Shown here in pieces: positions 49,601-58,951 of a stretch of 64,000 nt of DNA. The notes below the pieces were generated by a model. It was not told the origin of the DNA, searched no databases, and saw only the letters and a list, made by a program, of their open reading frames with translations. The position numbers were made by a program, and so were the translations under genes. The stretch is from a virus. Its lineage: Duplodnaviria > Caudoviricetes. Position 1 is the stretch's first letter; every line of letters begins with the position of its first letter. Location: positions 6,631-70,630 of IMG/VR virus record IMGVR_UViG_3300034084_000080; one strand, 5' to 3'.

Positions 49601-52600
49601 AAAGCAGTTGAGATAGCCAAAACAATTACAGACAAAGCTCGCAGGCAGATATCATCAATCTATGAAAATGCTACCAAAGCTTCAGATATTACTTCAGATT
49701 CAAAGAATGCAAAAGAGTTGAAAGATGTTCTCATTGGCAATAAAATAATTGATCAGAAAGAACTTCCTCGATACTTCGATATCAATAAAAATGTGTTCAC
49801 AAAAGAAGGTGTTGCATTCCTCGAAAACCTTTTGATGGGTGGAGCATTAAACGAGGCTTCATTACGTGCGCTGGATGCTGAAAGCATGGGAGATGTTCGA
49901 AAAAAGATTATTGGATCAGTAGTTCAACTTACCAGGAATAGTTCTTTAGGTGAAAACTCATTGGCAGAAAATATCTCAAATGCAATTGAGATCGCAAACA
50001 AGTTAAAGAAAAGTGGACTATCTTTACAGGAATACGTTGCCCAGGGTAATATCTTCGATGATTCAGTGATGTCTGATGTAGACTTCATGGTTGCAAGTGC
50101 GTTGGAAGATGGCAACTTTAAAGGATTTCTTCAGAACTACAATGATAATGTAGGGGCTATGGATCTCTGGACCGGTAAGGAAAGAGATAAAAAAGCAGTA
50201 ACAAACGACTATATAGACAACAAATATGGAAAATCAGCCGACCAAATTAGAAAGAGTCTTGCAAGCGATGACACCCAAAACAAGGGAGAAGTCGGAGAAA
50301 ATTCTGGAAACGTACAACCAAAGACTAACCCAGCACAAGAGCCAAAAGCAGAACCAAAACCAAAAGAAGAAGTAGTTGATACCTCCCCTTCGTTAAATGA
50401 ACAGCTTTCTGAGGTCAATGGACTTATAAAAGATCAGGAAGCGAAAATTAAGCAGGCTATTTCTAATATGGCCGGCATCTCAGATAGGTCTAAGGCTTCC
50501 AAAGTAATGGATCCGCTTAATGCCGAATACAATAGGCTAAAGCAAGTAAAAAAAGATCTTGAACAAAGTCAGAAAAATGGCAATGATCAATCTGCTGAAC
50601 AGGATGCAAAAATCTTCATGAATGCTGTTAATCCGCTGTCAGGATTAATTGGCAATATCAATAAAGCCCAGGAACAATTCATTTCTAAAAATATTCGTAA
50701 GATAGAGGACATTGTTTCCGGTCAATTAAATACATTACTTGAAAGTCAAAATTATTTTAAAAGAAATGCAGCCCAGATAGCGATAACTATATACAATGGA
50801 ATAGCTCGATCTCAGAAAAACCTTACCGGAAAACTTGAAATGACTGGTGGAATAAATAAAGCCAGGTATGATGCTAAAAAGCTTCTTGATCAGCTTTACA
50901 ATCTTGTCGGTGGCGATCTCAACAAACTTGAACAAGTTCACCAGATGCTTGACCCGGACCTATATGCAAGTTTAGGTAAACCTCCACTTGGAACCGTTTC
51001 AAGAGATGTTCAGCTTCTTCATGATGAGTTGAGGGATATGCTTGATAATGTTCACCGAAGAAACTTTGCCCTTGGTTTTATAAATCAGGAGATATACGAC
51101 AAATTCAAAGGAACATATACACCTCGTATGTATGAAACAAACGAGATTCCTGATGATGTGCAACAACTTCTTGATGATCAGGAGAAATTCAACCCGGTTA
51201 CAAAAATGGAAACAGGCCAGTTCAAAAAGCGAAAAGACCTGGATGATCTATCTCAGAAAGCAAAAGATGATGTTCTGAAGGATCCGGTTTACTCTACGGT
51301 GAAAAGATTGATGCAGCTTGATCAGAACGCTGCCATAGCTGCTTATATCAATCAGATTATCGCTAACAGCCCTGGTATCGTTAAAGATCCTGCCAATGGT
51401 AATATTCCAAAAGGATATCAACAGCTTAACGGCAAGGGTTATGGTAAACTTGATGGCAAGTATGTTCCAAACTATATCGCTGAGGACTTTAAAGGGTTTT
51501 TCATGCTAAATGAAACACTAAATAAATTCTATGATCTTTCAAAGGCTTACGACAAATTACCATTCAGGCAATTCCTTAAAAAATCATACACCGTATTTAA
51601 CCCGGTAGTTCAGCTTGGTAACTTTATTTCAAACTTCACATTTGCATTTGCTTCTGGAATTGATCCAGTAACATTTACAAGCAATATGCCGAAGGCTTAT
51701 AAAGCATTAAAGTCTGAGGGCTCAGAGTTTCAAACATTACTGAGAGCCGGGATACTTGGAAGCGACACCATTGTTCATGATCTGATACCTATAAAAGCCA
51801 AAGCCGGAGTTTTGCCAAAGAATCAGAATGTAGTAATGAGAGGTTTAAGAGCAGTTGATGAAACTATGACAGAAGTTTACCAACTGTCCGATGATTTGGC
51901 TAAAATGAATGCCTATATCACATTTAAGGAGCAAGGATTTACTCAGCAAGAGGCAATACAAAAGGTTTACGAAGGATTCCAAAATTATGCAACAGTTGGT
52001 AAAATGTGGGATGCCGCAAGTAAAACTCCATTTGTCGGACCGGCATTCATTAAGTTCCAGGCAGATTTGCTCAGGATCATTAAGAACGGCGTAACCAAAA
52101 CCCCGCTTACCACTGTAATGTATCTGGCCTCATTAAATGCTGTTCCGGAAATGCTTCAACTGGCCGGACTTGCAGACAAGGAGGATGAAGATGAGGAAGC
52201 TCTACGAACCGGAAGGGATTTCATTCCAAAAGTACCATTAGGATTTACAGATATTCCTTTAGTTTACAGAACAAGGTTTGGTGAGGTTAACCTTGCGAGA
52301 TACCTTTCTCCGTTCTATATGTTTGATACCGGTGATGCTTCAAGCACAATGAACTTAGTTAAGAAAGTATTGCCTGTTGGTTTTATAAACAAACAAGAGG
52401 CCGGTAAAGGTAACGAAACTACTGCCCCTGCCATGGCCGATCCATTGTTAGGAACTTTATTTGAAGCAACTTTTGGTGATACAGACTTTAGGGGAAAATC
52501 AATAAAGGATCCTGAATCAACCAGGTATAGAGCTTCAGGTGCAACAACTGAAGAGCAGATTTTAAATAAGGCTACATTCTTAGGCAGATCATGGATACCG

Positions 52601-53008
52601 CAAGGTGCCAATATTCATGACTTTTATTTAAGTCAGAAATACGGTGAAGATTTTTATGGTCGTACCAGAAATACAGCCCAATCGTTATTAAACATGGTTG
52701 TTAAGGTTCAGGATTGGAAAGATGGTGATTATAAGAAGGTCGCTGTTAAAAAGGTTGATGTTGAATTATCAAGAATAAAGAGCCTTACTGATGAACGAAA
52801 AAACATCATAGCAAACTTTGGTCAGAAAATAAAAAATGCAAATCAGGACTTCTATGAAAATAGGATTACCAAAGAACAGTATGATCGTAGGATTCAGGAG
52901 TTCAGGAGTAAAGCTGCCAATAGATTGAGTGACAATAAAGAAAACATTGTTGAGGTTTACGAAGGATTGAATGAGTTCATCGATAAGAATAGTAAATTTT
53001 TCAAATAA
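46601..53008 (+). CDS. Giant ejection/polyvalent protein (2135 aa) with a DdrB-like ParB domain
   Basis: GTYKVVSADNVLASHN...NDRDYS...DTPVVDSNGIVISGNNRTM at about aa 845-935. Confidence 0.7.
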   Translation: MPDKKQKLYDSLKSKGLYSKSFDEFTAQFSDSEKINKLYAGLSQKGLYTKSGSDFAQQFFPDVKKKVSSEGSDNGEETSGTPLSDSRPDSNEVSQEQIDLNEPFVSNIGLNPKANTGLGSSLTGQGDNPFDIKPKPKPVTPGLESAMSAFAQSQGQETADKVNQLSANRPQEQVSIDTENVGGRGGYIGNKLLQGIGSIASGLVDLGLNAGKTGPLSAFNPLTTDAFIGEYRKNIAPKVRDYLKEKVGFEVDKGAERTYDNEFITSSLGGLAQSAPAMLSGYSGMLLQGYDFGIQSINNSDPNGLIDEQTKTIYGSGLGLIQSALEKVGLDKIMKGNTTMLSKILFDKAVREAAEKTGGKVTGDILEEYINNNVKGITGLFAKGGARAVEGFLTEFTTGASQEAAAIGSEFLLNEATGQPIFDTSKEKTWDGFIKRVAYAGAQEGVGGFVLGPFFNSERKNKVNEVQNKVQAISTQLDNPNLSLPAAEALTKRKIELQGEIEKEAEQEANEQKKLPPAALNKATEIDNELNKLYTALDDPELNEELKPEIQSQIDALNTELNQVVSQQETESKFKKNDLVNYTDENGITTQVPVESVKDGKVKIGVNKDGIYSSIEVNAEQVRPINAPVITNVKNDLVETNTREQKPDKSEVTPTEEVKRIIEPPNPIQEMNSKELYLYANEVKKALKKQEEEVVNKSEKEKVDSGYYDIIDDVEDLRDTSTRINFIENSDNLDELTNSTRSALDQVTANKDLSVYSQAIINAVRKKAEELNIDTNELVSSIVDNVSKRYKDPQDAELMVNNILSKLQPKKANKEVTDKVIGNPEYKYKPQSPGRKTYIRTPDGDKIRGTYKVVSADNVLASHNEQTFAQTENFPTTETGTTVNDRDYSKDRNAQGQVVEIASNFDSRAINDTPVVDSNGIVISGNNRTMSRKLSATNKTDATYLEELNDKAEMFGIDPESIKGIQNPMLVFEPEENMPYTTETFAKFNKVTGKEKGPIEKAVEIAKTITDKARRQISSIYENATKASDITSDSKNAKELKDVLIGNKIIDQKELPRYFDINKNVFTKEGVAFLENLLMGGALNEASLRALDAESMGDVRKKIIGSVVQLTRNSSLGENSLAENISNAIEIANKLKKSGLSLQEYVAQGNIFDDSVMSDVDFMVASALEDGNFKGFLQNYNDNVGAMDLWTGKERDKKAVTNDYIDNKYGKSADQIRKSLASDDTQNKGEVGENSGNVQPKTNPAQEPKAEPKPKEEVVDTSPSLNEQLSEVNGLIKDQEAKIKQAISNMAGISDRSKASKVMDPLNAEYNRLKQVKKDLEQSQKNGNDQSAEQDAKIFMNAVNPLSGLIGNINKAQEQFISKNIRKIEDIVSGQLNTLLESQNYFKRNAAQIAITIYNGIARSQKNLTGKLEMTGGINKARYDAKKLLDQLYNLVGGDLNKLEQVHQMLDPDLYASLGKPPLGTVSRDVQLLHDELRDMLDNVHRRNFALGFINQEIYDKFKGTYTPRMYETNEIPDDVQQLLDDQEKFNPVTKMETGQFKKRKDLDDLSQKAKDDVLKDPVYSTVKRLMQLDQNAAIAAYINQIIANSPGIVKDPANGNIPKGYQQLNGKGYGKLDGKYVPNYIAEDFKGFFMLNETLNKFYDLSKAYDKLPFRQFLKKSYTVFNPVVQLGNFISNFTFAFASGIDPVTFTSNMPKAYKALKSEGSEFQTLLRAGILGSDTIVHDLIPIKAKAGVLPKNQNVVMRGLRAVDETMTEVYQLSDDLAKMNAYITFKEQGFTQQEAIQKVYEGFQNYATVGKMWDAASKTPFVGPAFIKFQADLLRIIKNGVTKTPLTTVMYLASLNAVPEMLQLAGLADKEDEDEEALRTGRDFIPKVPLGFTDIPLVYRTRFGEVNLARYLSPFYMFDTGDASSTMNLVKKVLPVGFINKQEAGKGNETTAPAMADPLLGTLFEATFGDTDFRGKSIKDPESTRYRASGATTEEQILNKATFLGRSWIPQGANIHDFYLSQKYGEDFYGRTRNTAQSLLNMVVKVQDWKDGDYKKVAVKKVDVELSRIKSLTDERKNIIANFGQKIKNANQDFYENRITKEQYDRRIQEFRSKAANRLSDNKENIVEVYEGLNEFIDKNSKFFK

Positions 53009-53010
53009 TA

Positions 53011-53043
53011 TTTGGTTTTAATTATTCGATTATCATATATTTG
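53011..53043 (+). promoter_or_regulatory. Bacteroidetes promoter for the tRNA, overlapped by an operator (53022-53040)
   Basis: TTTG at 53011-53014, TATATTTG at 53036-53043, TTATTCGATTATCATATAT. Confidence 0.75.
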
Positions 53044-53052
53044 AGTTCACAT

Positions 53053-53126
53053 TGCGGAATGGAGCAGTCGGTTAGCTCGTTGGACTCATAATCCAAAGGT
53101 CGCAGGTTCGAGTCCTGTTTCCGCTA
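53053..53126 (+). tRNA. tRNA-Met(CAT), initiator-type, CCA not encoded
   Basis: Cloverleaf TGCGGAA/TTCCGCT, GAGC/GCTC D-stem, TTGGA-CTCATAA-TCCAA, GCAGG-TTCGAGT-CCTGT; 1:72 mismatch and A11-U24 pair. Confidence 0.95.
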
Positions 53127-53164
53127 CATACATTTGAAAGGAAGGAGGGAACATTGGTTCCCTA

Positions 53165-53193
53165 AAAAGCCAGATCATTTGATCTGGTTTTTT
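53165..53193 (+). terminator. Intrinsic terminator after the tRNA
   Basis: AAAAGCCAGATC-ATTT-GATCTGGTTTTTT. Confidence 0.8.
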
Positions 53194-53203
53194 GTTTAAA
53201 ATG

Positions 53204-53222
53204 ATATATGATTTTCATATAT
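53204..53222. promoter_or_regulatory. 19-bp palindromic operator-like site
   Basis: ATATATGATTTTCATATAT. Confidence 0.7.
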
Positions 53223-53275
53223 TTTATTTTACCTTTATATCGGTTATTAATTATGATGGGTTTTATCAGAAACCC

Positions 53276-53764
53276 ATGGCAATATTTGCGGCAAACTTCA
53301 CTTTGACCCAATCTTCTGATGGGGTTACTCTGTATTTTACAGATACTTCAAATTATGGAATATCTGATCCTGTAATTACAATTTCCAATTTTTCTTCAAG
53401 ACAACTTGTGTTGCTCGATGCAAACGGTACGTCTATTGAAACAGTTGATCTTGGAACTAATTTATCAGCGGAAATAATCATTGCGAGAGATAAGTGGGTA
53501 AATGCCACACTTAATCTGGTTGGGATTAACCCGGTTGGGAATTATACCAAAAACTACCTATTCCCATTTGATCGTATTACAAAAAATCTTTACCGAAAAG
53601 CTTTAAAAGGAGGTTGCTGCAATAACCCATTGATCGAAAGGGCGCTATCTGAAGCTGATCGCTTTTTCCGTGGGGCTGAAATATCGGCACCTGCCGGTGA
53701 TGGACCTGGGTGGACAAATGCAATTGACAGCGCTTACGCTTATTTAATCACATTAGATCAGTAA
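53276..53764 (+). CDS. Putative tail/structural protein
   Basis: AANFTLTQSSDGVTLYFTDTSNY start; position before the fibre gene. Confidence 0.5.
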   Translation: MAIFAANFTLTQSSDGVTLYFTDTSNYGISDPVITISNFSSRQLVLLDANGTSIETVDLGTNLSAEIIIARDKWVNATLNLVGINPVGNYTKNYLFPFDRITKNLYRKALKGGCCNNPLIERALSEADRFFRGAEISAPAGDGPGWTNAIDSAYAYLITLDQ

Positions 53765-53765
53765 A

Positions 53766-54695
53766 ATGGAACTCAGCAAGGAAAGATTTAGTTGCATATA
53801 TAAAATTGTTTCTGCCATTAACGGAAAGGTATATGTCGGCAGTGCAAAGGACTATAGAAAAAGACAGCAGACTCATATTATTGCGCTTCAACGATGTAAA
53901 CATCACAGTCGGATATTACAACACCACTTTAATAAATACGGAGCCGATGACCTAAGCTTTGAGGTTTTAGAAATCGTAGAAAATGGTTCCCAGTTGATTG
54001 AAAGAGAGCAATTCTATATTGATAAAATAAATCCATTTTTTAATATCTCAAAAACTGCCGGAAGTCGTCTTGGCTGTAAAGCATCTGAAGAGACACTTTC
54101 TAAACAAAGGAATGCAACCAGGTTGCCAGTAACCGAAGAATGTAAGCGTAAAATAAGTGCGGCACTTAAAGGGGTAAAAAAATCTCCAGATCATAATAAT
54201 AAAGTTAGTAAGGCACTAATGGGTCATTTAGTGTCAGACGAGGTAAAAGAAAAACTAAGAATCGCTGCTACAGGCAAAGTTCCATCTCAAGAAACAAGGG
54301 AGAAACATAGGATTAACTCAACTGGGAAAAAGCACACCGAAGCTATGAAGCAGAAAATGAGTGCAGAAAGAAAAGGGATTCCTATGGCTGAAGAGACAAA
54401 AAAGAAAATATCTGCTAAACTAACTGGGTCTAAGCTTTCAGATGAAACCAAAGCTAAATTAAGAGAAATTGGAAAGAAAGAGAGTAATCTAAATAATCTA
54501 AGAAAAATGGCAGAAGGTAATATCGGTAGAAAACACACTGAAGAATTTAGTCAAAAGCTTAGAGAAAGAATGAATACCCCTGAGTCAAAAGCAAAATTTT
54601 CTGCTCTTCACAAGGGTAGAAAGAGAAGTGAAGAAACAAAGCAGCGTATGCGTGATGGTAAATTACGTGCAAAGCTTTTAAAGCAATCTGTATAA
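53766..54695 (+). CDS. GIY-YIG homing endonuclease with about 10 NUMOD3-like repeats
   Basis: SCIYKIVSAINGKVYVGSA...EREQFYID...FN; repeated (H/S)(T/S)EETKxK(I/M/L)(S/R). Confidence 0.9.
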   Translation: MELSKERFSCIYKIVSAINGKVYVGSAKDYRKRQQTHIIALQRCKHHSRILQHHFNKYGADDLSFEVLEIVENGSQLIEREQFYIDKINPFFNISKTAGSRLGCKASEETLSKQRNATRLPVTEECKRKISAALKGVKKSPDHNNKVSKALMGHLVSDEVKEKLRIAATGKVPSQETREKHRINSTGKKHTEAMKQKMSAERKGIPMAEETKKKISAKLTGSKLSDETKAKLREIGKKESNLNNLRKMAEGNIGRKHTEEFSQKLRERMNTPESKAKFSALHKGRKRSEETKQRMRDGKLRAKLLKQSV

Positions 54696-55219
54696 TGGCG
54701 ACACTTCAGGCAATAAGCGGATCTCTGTTACTGGCCAACGCCTACTATGTAGAACTTTTGGCTAAATACATTGATGATCTTTCTTCAGGAAAACTTAACC
54801 CTGAATCCGGCAAAAAAGTGGTTTGCCTTAACAGGCTTATCAGGGCTTTATCTTGGGATACTGCAGAGGAAGTAAATGATGATACCACTACTGCGTTGTA
54901 TGAATTGTTACTACAAGCAATTGCTCCTTATTCCGGAAGCACATTAACTGTAAATCCTGATGTTGTAATTCCTACCAATCCGATAATCTATGATCCTTCA
55001 GCGGAATATAGAACGCCATTGATAATTACAACTGCCGATTTTGAGCCAAACGGAACTACCTACAGCAATACTGATTTGGTTGGTCTTAATCAGTACATGG
55101 TATTCTTAAATGGTGTAAGATACCTGATCCCTGGAATAGACTTCAGCTATATCCCGGAAGGTGGTATTGAATTAGCTGAACAGATCTATGATGGTCAACA
55201 GATCATTTTAATATTCTAA
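54695..55219 (+). CDS. Putative tail-associated protein
   Basis: C-terminal VFLNGVRYLIPGIDFSY...GGIEL beta domain. Confidence 0.5.
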   Translation: MATLQAISGSLLLANAYYVELLAKYIDDLSSGKLNPESGKKVVCLNRLIRALSWDTAEEVNDDTTTALYELLLQAIAPYSGSTLTVNPDVVIPTNPIIYDPSAEYRTPLIITTADFEPNGTTYSNTDLVGLNQYMVFLNGVRYLIPGIDFSYIPEGGIELAEQIYDGQQIILIF

Positions 55220-55221
55220 AC

Positions 55222-58200
55222 ATGAAGAAGTTACTTTTTATAGCATTTACACTCATATCAACGATAGCATTTGGCCAAAATGATATTAATCGTACCAGCC
55301 CTGTAGGAAGTAATCCGGCAAATACATCTACCTACAACAAGCAATCGGTTAGAGATGCCAATTTAACGGCTGTTCTAAACCTCAGAATACCGGTTTATTC
55401 TTCATTCAGTTTAAGGAATGCAAAGGATAGCGTTGGTTATGTAATGTATAACTCATCCATTGGTAAAATGGGTATTTATATAGGTGGTGGTGTTTGGGAT
55501 ACAATATCAACAAGCAATACAAGTTCATTGCTTAATTATTACACTAAAACACAATCTGACGGAAGATTCACTCCACTTACAAGATCATTAAGCATTAATG
55601 GTGTAAGCTATGATTTAAATGCAAACAGATCATGGAATGTGGGTACTGTGACAAACGTTGGATCCGGATATGGATTACTTGGAGGTCCAATTACTTCATC
55701 TGGAACATTACGTGTAGATACTTCAGAGGTAGTTACCAAAACCTATGCAGGTAGATTTGTAACTTATGATACCGCAACAAAAAACGTCAATTTGGGTTCA
55801 AAATCATTGATTGTAGATGGTGTTGGAGCAGAAGTTGTTATTAAGCGAGGCAATCCATTAGTATTCTGGGATAATTCAAACACCTATGACACTCAAATCT
55901 ATGCAATGAGTGGAACTGGCACCAATGTTATTCAATTCCCTGGTGCCTCTGGTACTGTAGTATTGGACTCTGACTTATTGAATTACGTTCCAAAATCAAG
56001 AACGATCACAGTCGGAACCGGATTGCTTGGTGGGGGTGATTTATCTACAAATAGAACCATTTCAGCAGATACTACTGTACTTAGAAGTACAGCAAATTCA
56101 CTAACACTTGCCCAAACACAATCCGCTTTAAACCTTAAAGAGAATTTATCAAATAAAGCTACAGATTTCTCGACCATTAATAACACGCTATATCCCACAG
56201 TTCAAGCGGTTAAGACTTATGCAGATGGGTTGGTTGTTGGTTTATTGAACGATAGGGGAAGTTATGACCCAACAGCAACAAGCGCATACCCCACTACTGG
56301 TGGTTCAGGAGCCAGCGGAGCAATTAAAAAGGGTGATATATGGTACATATCAGCAAATGGAACTATTGGTGGAATAACCGTTTTGAACGGATATTCAGTA
56401 AGAGCGCTTGCCGACTCTCCGGCACAAGTGGCAGCTAATTGGAATATATTACAGGTAGGATTGGGGTACGTGCCTGAAAACGTTGCTAATAAAGCAACTG
56501 ACCTAACTGGACCTGATAATACTAAATATCCCACATCATTAGCAGTTAGTACGGCTTTAGACACTAAACAATCGGTTCTTTCCGGAACTGGATTAGTTAA
56601 GTCAACTTCCGGAACAATATCTTATATAACCGATTACTCCACTAATTGGAACACGGCCTATTCTTACTCTCAAGTAGGGCACTTGCCTTTAACTGGCGGA
56701 ACACTTACAGGGCCTTTAAATGGTACAAGTGCTACGTTTACAGATAGAATTTTCTTATCGAAAGATATAAGGTTCACTGATAATAGTGGTTGGGGAATTA
56801 TTAATCCTGCTGATGATACACGCATATTAACATTTACCAATAGTTTAATAGCCGCAGCAGTACCCTTCTCCGGAACATCTTCTACGTTTAGCGATGGAAT
56901 TGGCGCAGGTATTACGTCTTTAAGTGCTTGGGCAAGTGTAAAACCAATGATAGAAAGCAATGCCGGCAATAGTGTTGCTTATTTTAATTCTGCAAGTATT
57001 CCATCATTATATTTAAGTTCAAATGCTTATTTTAATGGTACAAATTGGGTTAGAAAATCAGCGAATCCTTCAAAATTAGTAGAAATAGATGCGTATAATG
57101 ATGTATTTAAAATAAATTCAGCAGCAACTGGTTCAGCAGGTTCAACTATAACATATAATCCACAATTTATAATCACATCTGCTGGTAACGTAGGTATTGG
57201 AACAGCGAGTCCACAAAACTTGCTACACGTGGCTGGAGTTACACGAATTTCAAATAGTGATGGTGGGTCAATGTTATATATAAATCATGGTGCATCAACT
57301 GGTAATACATATACATCTTTAGGAGCATTAATAGGATCAGGTGCGGGGTGGGGGAATTTAGTCTTACAATCAGGAGGTGGTAACGTAGGTATAGGTACTA
57401 CAAGTCCAAGCTATAAATTACAAGTAGATGGAACTGTTGCTTTAGGTGGGGGAACTACGGGTGTTACAAGAGGTGATTTGTATATAGATAATACAAGCCT
57501 ATCGGCAGGAGTTTATATAGGTCGACAAAGTACAACAGGGTCTGATAATACTAAATTTTATGTTCAAAGCAGGACAGGGAATAATGTTTTCTATGTAGAC
57601 GGAGGTAACCAATGGGTAGGTATAGGCACCACAACCGACGCAGGTTATAAACTTGATGTTAATGGTACTGGGAGATTTAAAGATAAGATCCAAATAAATA
57701 ATCAAGCTTATAGTATCACTTATCCAACAGTATTGGGTTCATTAGGTGGGGCACAAGGTTATTTACAGCTTGGTAATAATGATGTTAACTATATAATTGC
57801 CGGATCAGAGAATGCTGGAGGATATTTAAGGTTTTATGTTAACAATAGCTCTGCATATCCAAGCGCACCTAACGGTACACTTGCTCTAACAATATCCTCC
57901 ACAGGTGCAGCTACATTCTCATCATTAGCAGGATCAGGAACACGCATGGTCGTAGCTGATCCGAGCGGTGCATTGTCTACACAGCCTATACCATCAGGAG
58001 GTGGAGGAGGTTCTGTTACAGGGATTGCAGTATCAACCGCAAATGGGCTATCTGGTACTTCTGACGGTGCTTCTGTAGTTCCTACTCTTACATTATCTAC
58101 CACTGTTTCAGGAATGGTCAAAGCTAATGGATCAGCATTTAGCGCGGCAGTTGCTGGCACAGATTATACCACTTCATCAAGTACTGAAACATTCACTAAT

Positions 58201-58950
58201 AAGTCTGGCAACATTAGCCAATGGACTAACAATTCAGGCTACATCACCTCATCAGCATTAAGCCCGTATGCGCCTTTAAACTCACCTACATTCACAGGTA
58301 CAGTTTCTGGAATTACGGCAGCCATGGTTGGCGCACCGTCAGGATCAGGAACTTCAACAGGGACTAACACAGGAGATCAGACTAATATTTCGGGAAATGC
58401 AGGTACAGCAACTTTAGCTGCCAATTCAACGCAATGGAACGGAGCATTATATAACGGTACACCATCAGGACTATCTTCTTATATGATGGGGATTAACGCA
58501 GCGGGCACAGCTTGGAATCCAGTCACAGCAAGTGATGTTCAAGGTTTCTTGGGGTTAGGATCAAACGCCTACACCTCCACAACTTACGCCCCACTAAACA
58601 GTCCTGGACTTACCGGAACTCCCACAGCTCCAACTCCATCAGCAGGTGATAACAGTAATAAATTAGCTACTACAGAATTTATCGCAAACGCTACAGGAAG
58701 AGTTCTTCTAAGAAGCACTACAACATTCAGTGGTACTGGATTGGGATCGAGTCAAGATTATAATACAGGCATAGCATCAGGGAGTCTGTTACTCCTTACA
58801 GCAGGTTCATCAGATGCCGCTGGAGCCGGTTATTATGTTGCTAAAAATCCTGGATGCGGTGGATTGTGTGATGAGTGGCATATTATTTTCCCTAACGGAG
58901 CTCCCATAGGAACAAGCAACATAACTTTTTATTACGTAGTCCTTCAATAA
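55222..58950 (+). CDS. Tail-fibre-like protein with an N-terminal Sec signal peptide
   Basis: MKKLLFIAFTLISTIAFG|Q; GxGLxGGG/LPLTGGTLTG and three GNVGIGT-type repeats; APLNSPxFTGxPTAPT. Confidence 0.75.
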   Translation: MKKLLFIAFTLISTIAFGQNDINRTSPVGSNPANTSTYNKQSVRDANLTAVLNLRIPVYSSFSLRNAKDSVGYVMYNSSIGKMGIYIGGGVWDTISTSNTSSLLNYYTKTQSDGRFTPLTRSLSINGVSYDLNANRSWNVGTVTNVGSGYGLLGGPITSSGTLRVDTSEVVTKTYAGRFVTYDTATKNVNLGSKSLIVDGVGAEVVIKRGNPLVFWDNSNTYDTQIYAMSGTGTNVIQFPGASGTVVLDSDLLNYVPKSRTITVGTGLLGGGDLSTNRTISADTTVLRSTANSLTLAQTQSALNLKENLSNKATDFSTINNTLYPTVQAVKTYADGLVVGLLNDRGSYDPTATSAYPTTGGSGASGAIKKGDIWYISANGTIGGITVLNGYSVRALADSPAQVAANWNILQVGLGYVPENVANKATDLTGPDNTKYPTSLAVSTALDTKQSVLSGTGLVKSTSGTISYITDYSTNWNTAYSYSQVGHLPLTGGTLTGPLNGTSATFTDRIFLSKDIRFTDNSGWGIINPADDTRILTFTNSLIAAAVPFSGTSSTFSDGIGAGITSLSAWASVKPMIESNAGNSVAYFNSASIPSLYLSSNAYFNGTNWVRKSANPSKLVEIDAYNDVFKINSAATGSAGSTITYNPQFIITSAGNVGIGTASPQNLLHVAGVTRISNSDGGSMLYINHGASTGNTYTSLGALIGSGAGWGNLVLQSGGGNVGIGTTSPSYKLQVDGTVALGGGTTGVTRGDLYIDNTSLSAGVYIGRQSTTGSDNTKFYVQSRTGNNVFYVDGGNQWVGIGTTTDAGYKLDVNGTGRFKDKIQINNQAYSITYPTVLGSLGGAQGYLQLGNNDVNYIIAGSENAGGYLRFYVNNSSAYPSAPNGTLALTISSTGAATFSSLAGSGTRMVVADPSGALSTQPIPSGGGGGSVTGIAVSTANGLSGTSDGASVVPTLTLSTTVSGMVKANGSAFSAAVAGTDYTTSSSTETFTNKSGNISQWTNNSGYITSSALSPYAPLNSPTFTGTVSGITAAMVGAPSGSGTSTGTNTGDQTNISGNAGTATLAANSTQWNGALYNGTPSGLSSYMMGINAAGTAWNPVTASDVQGFLGLGSNAYTSTTYAPLNSPGLTGTPTAPTPSAGDNSNKLATTEFIANATGRVLLRSTTTFSGTGLGSSQDYNTGIASGSLLLLTAGSSDAAGAGYYVAKNPGCGGLCDEWHIIFPNGAPIGTSNITFYYVVLQ

Positions 58951-58951
58951 A

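Noticed and set aside
53764-54695. Group I intron around the GIY-YIG gene
   Set aside because: Flanking genes have their own stop and start with 1-nt gap or overlap, leaving no intron core sequence
55222-58950. Diversity-generating retroelement or shufflon acting on the fibre
   Set aside because: No reverse transcriptase, adenine-specific TR/VR pair or invertase with inverted repeats seen in the window
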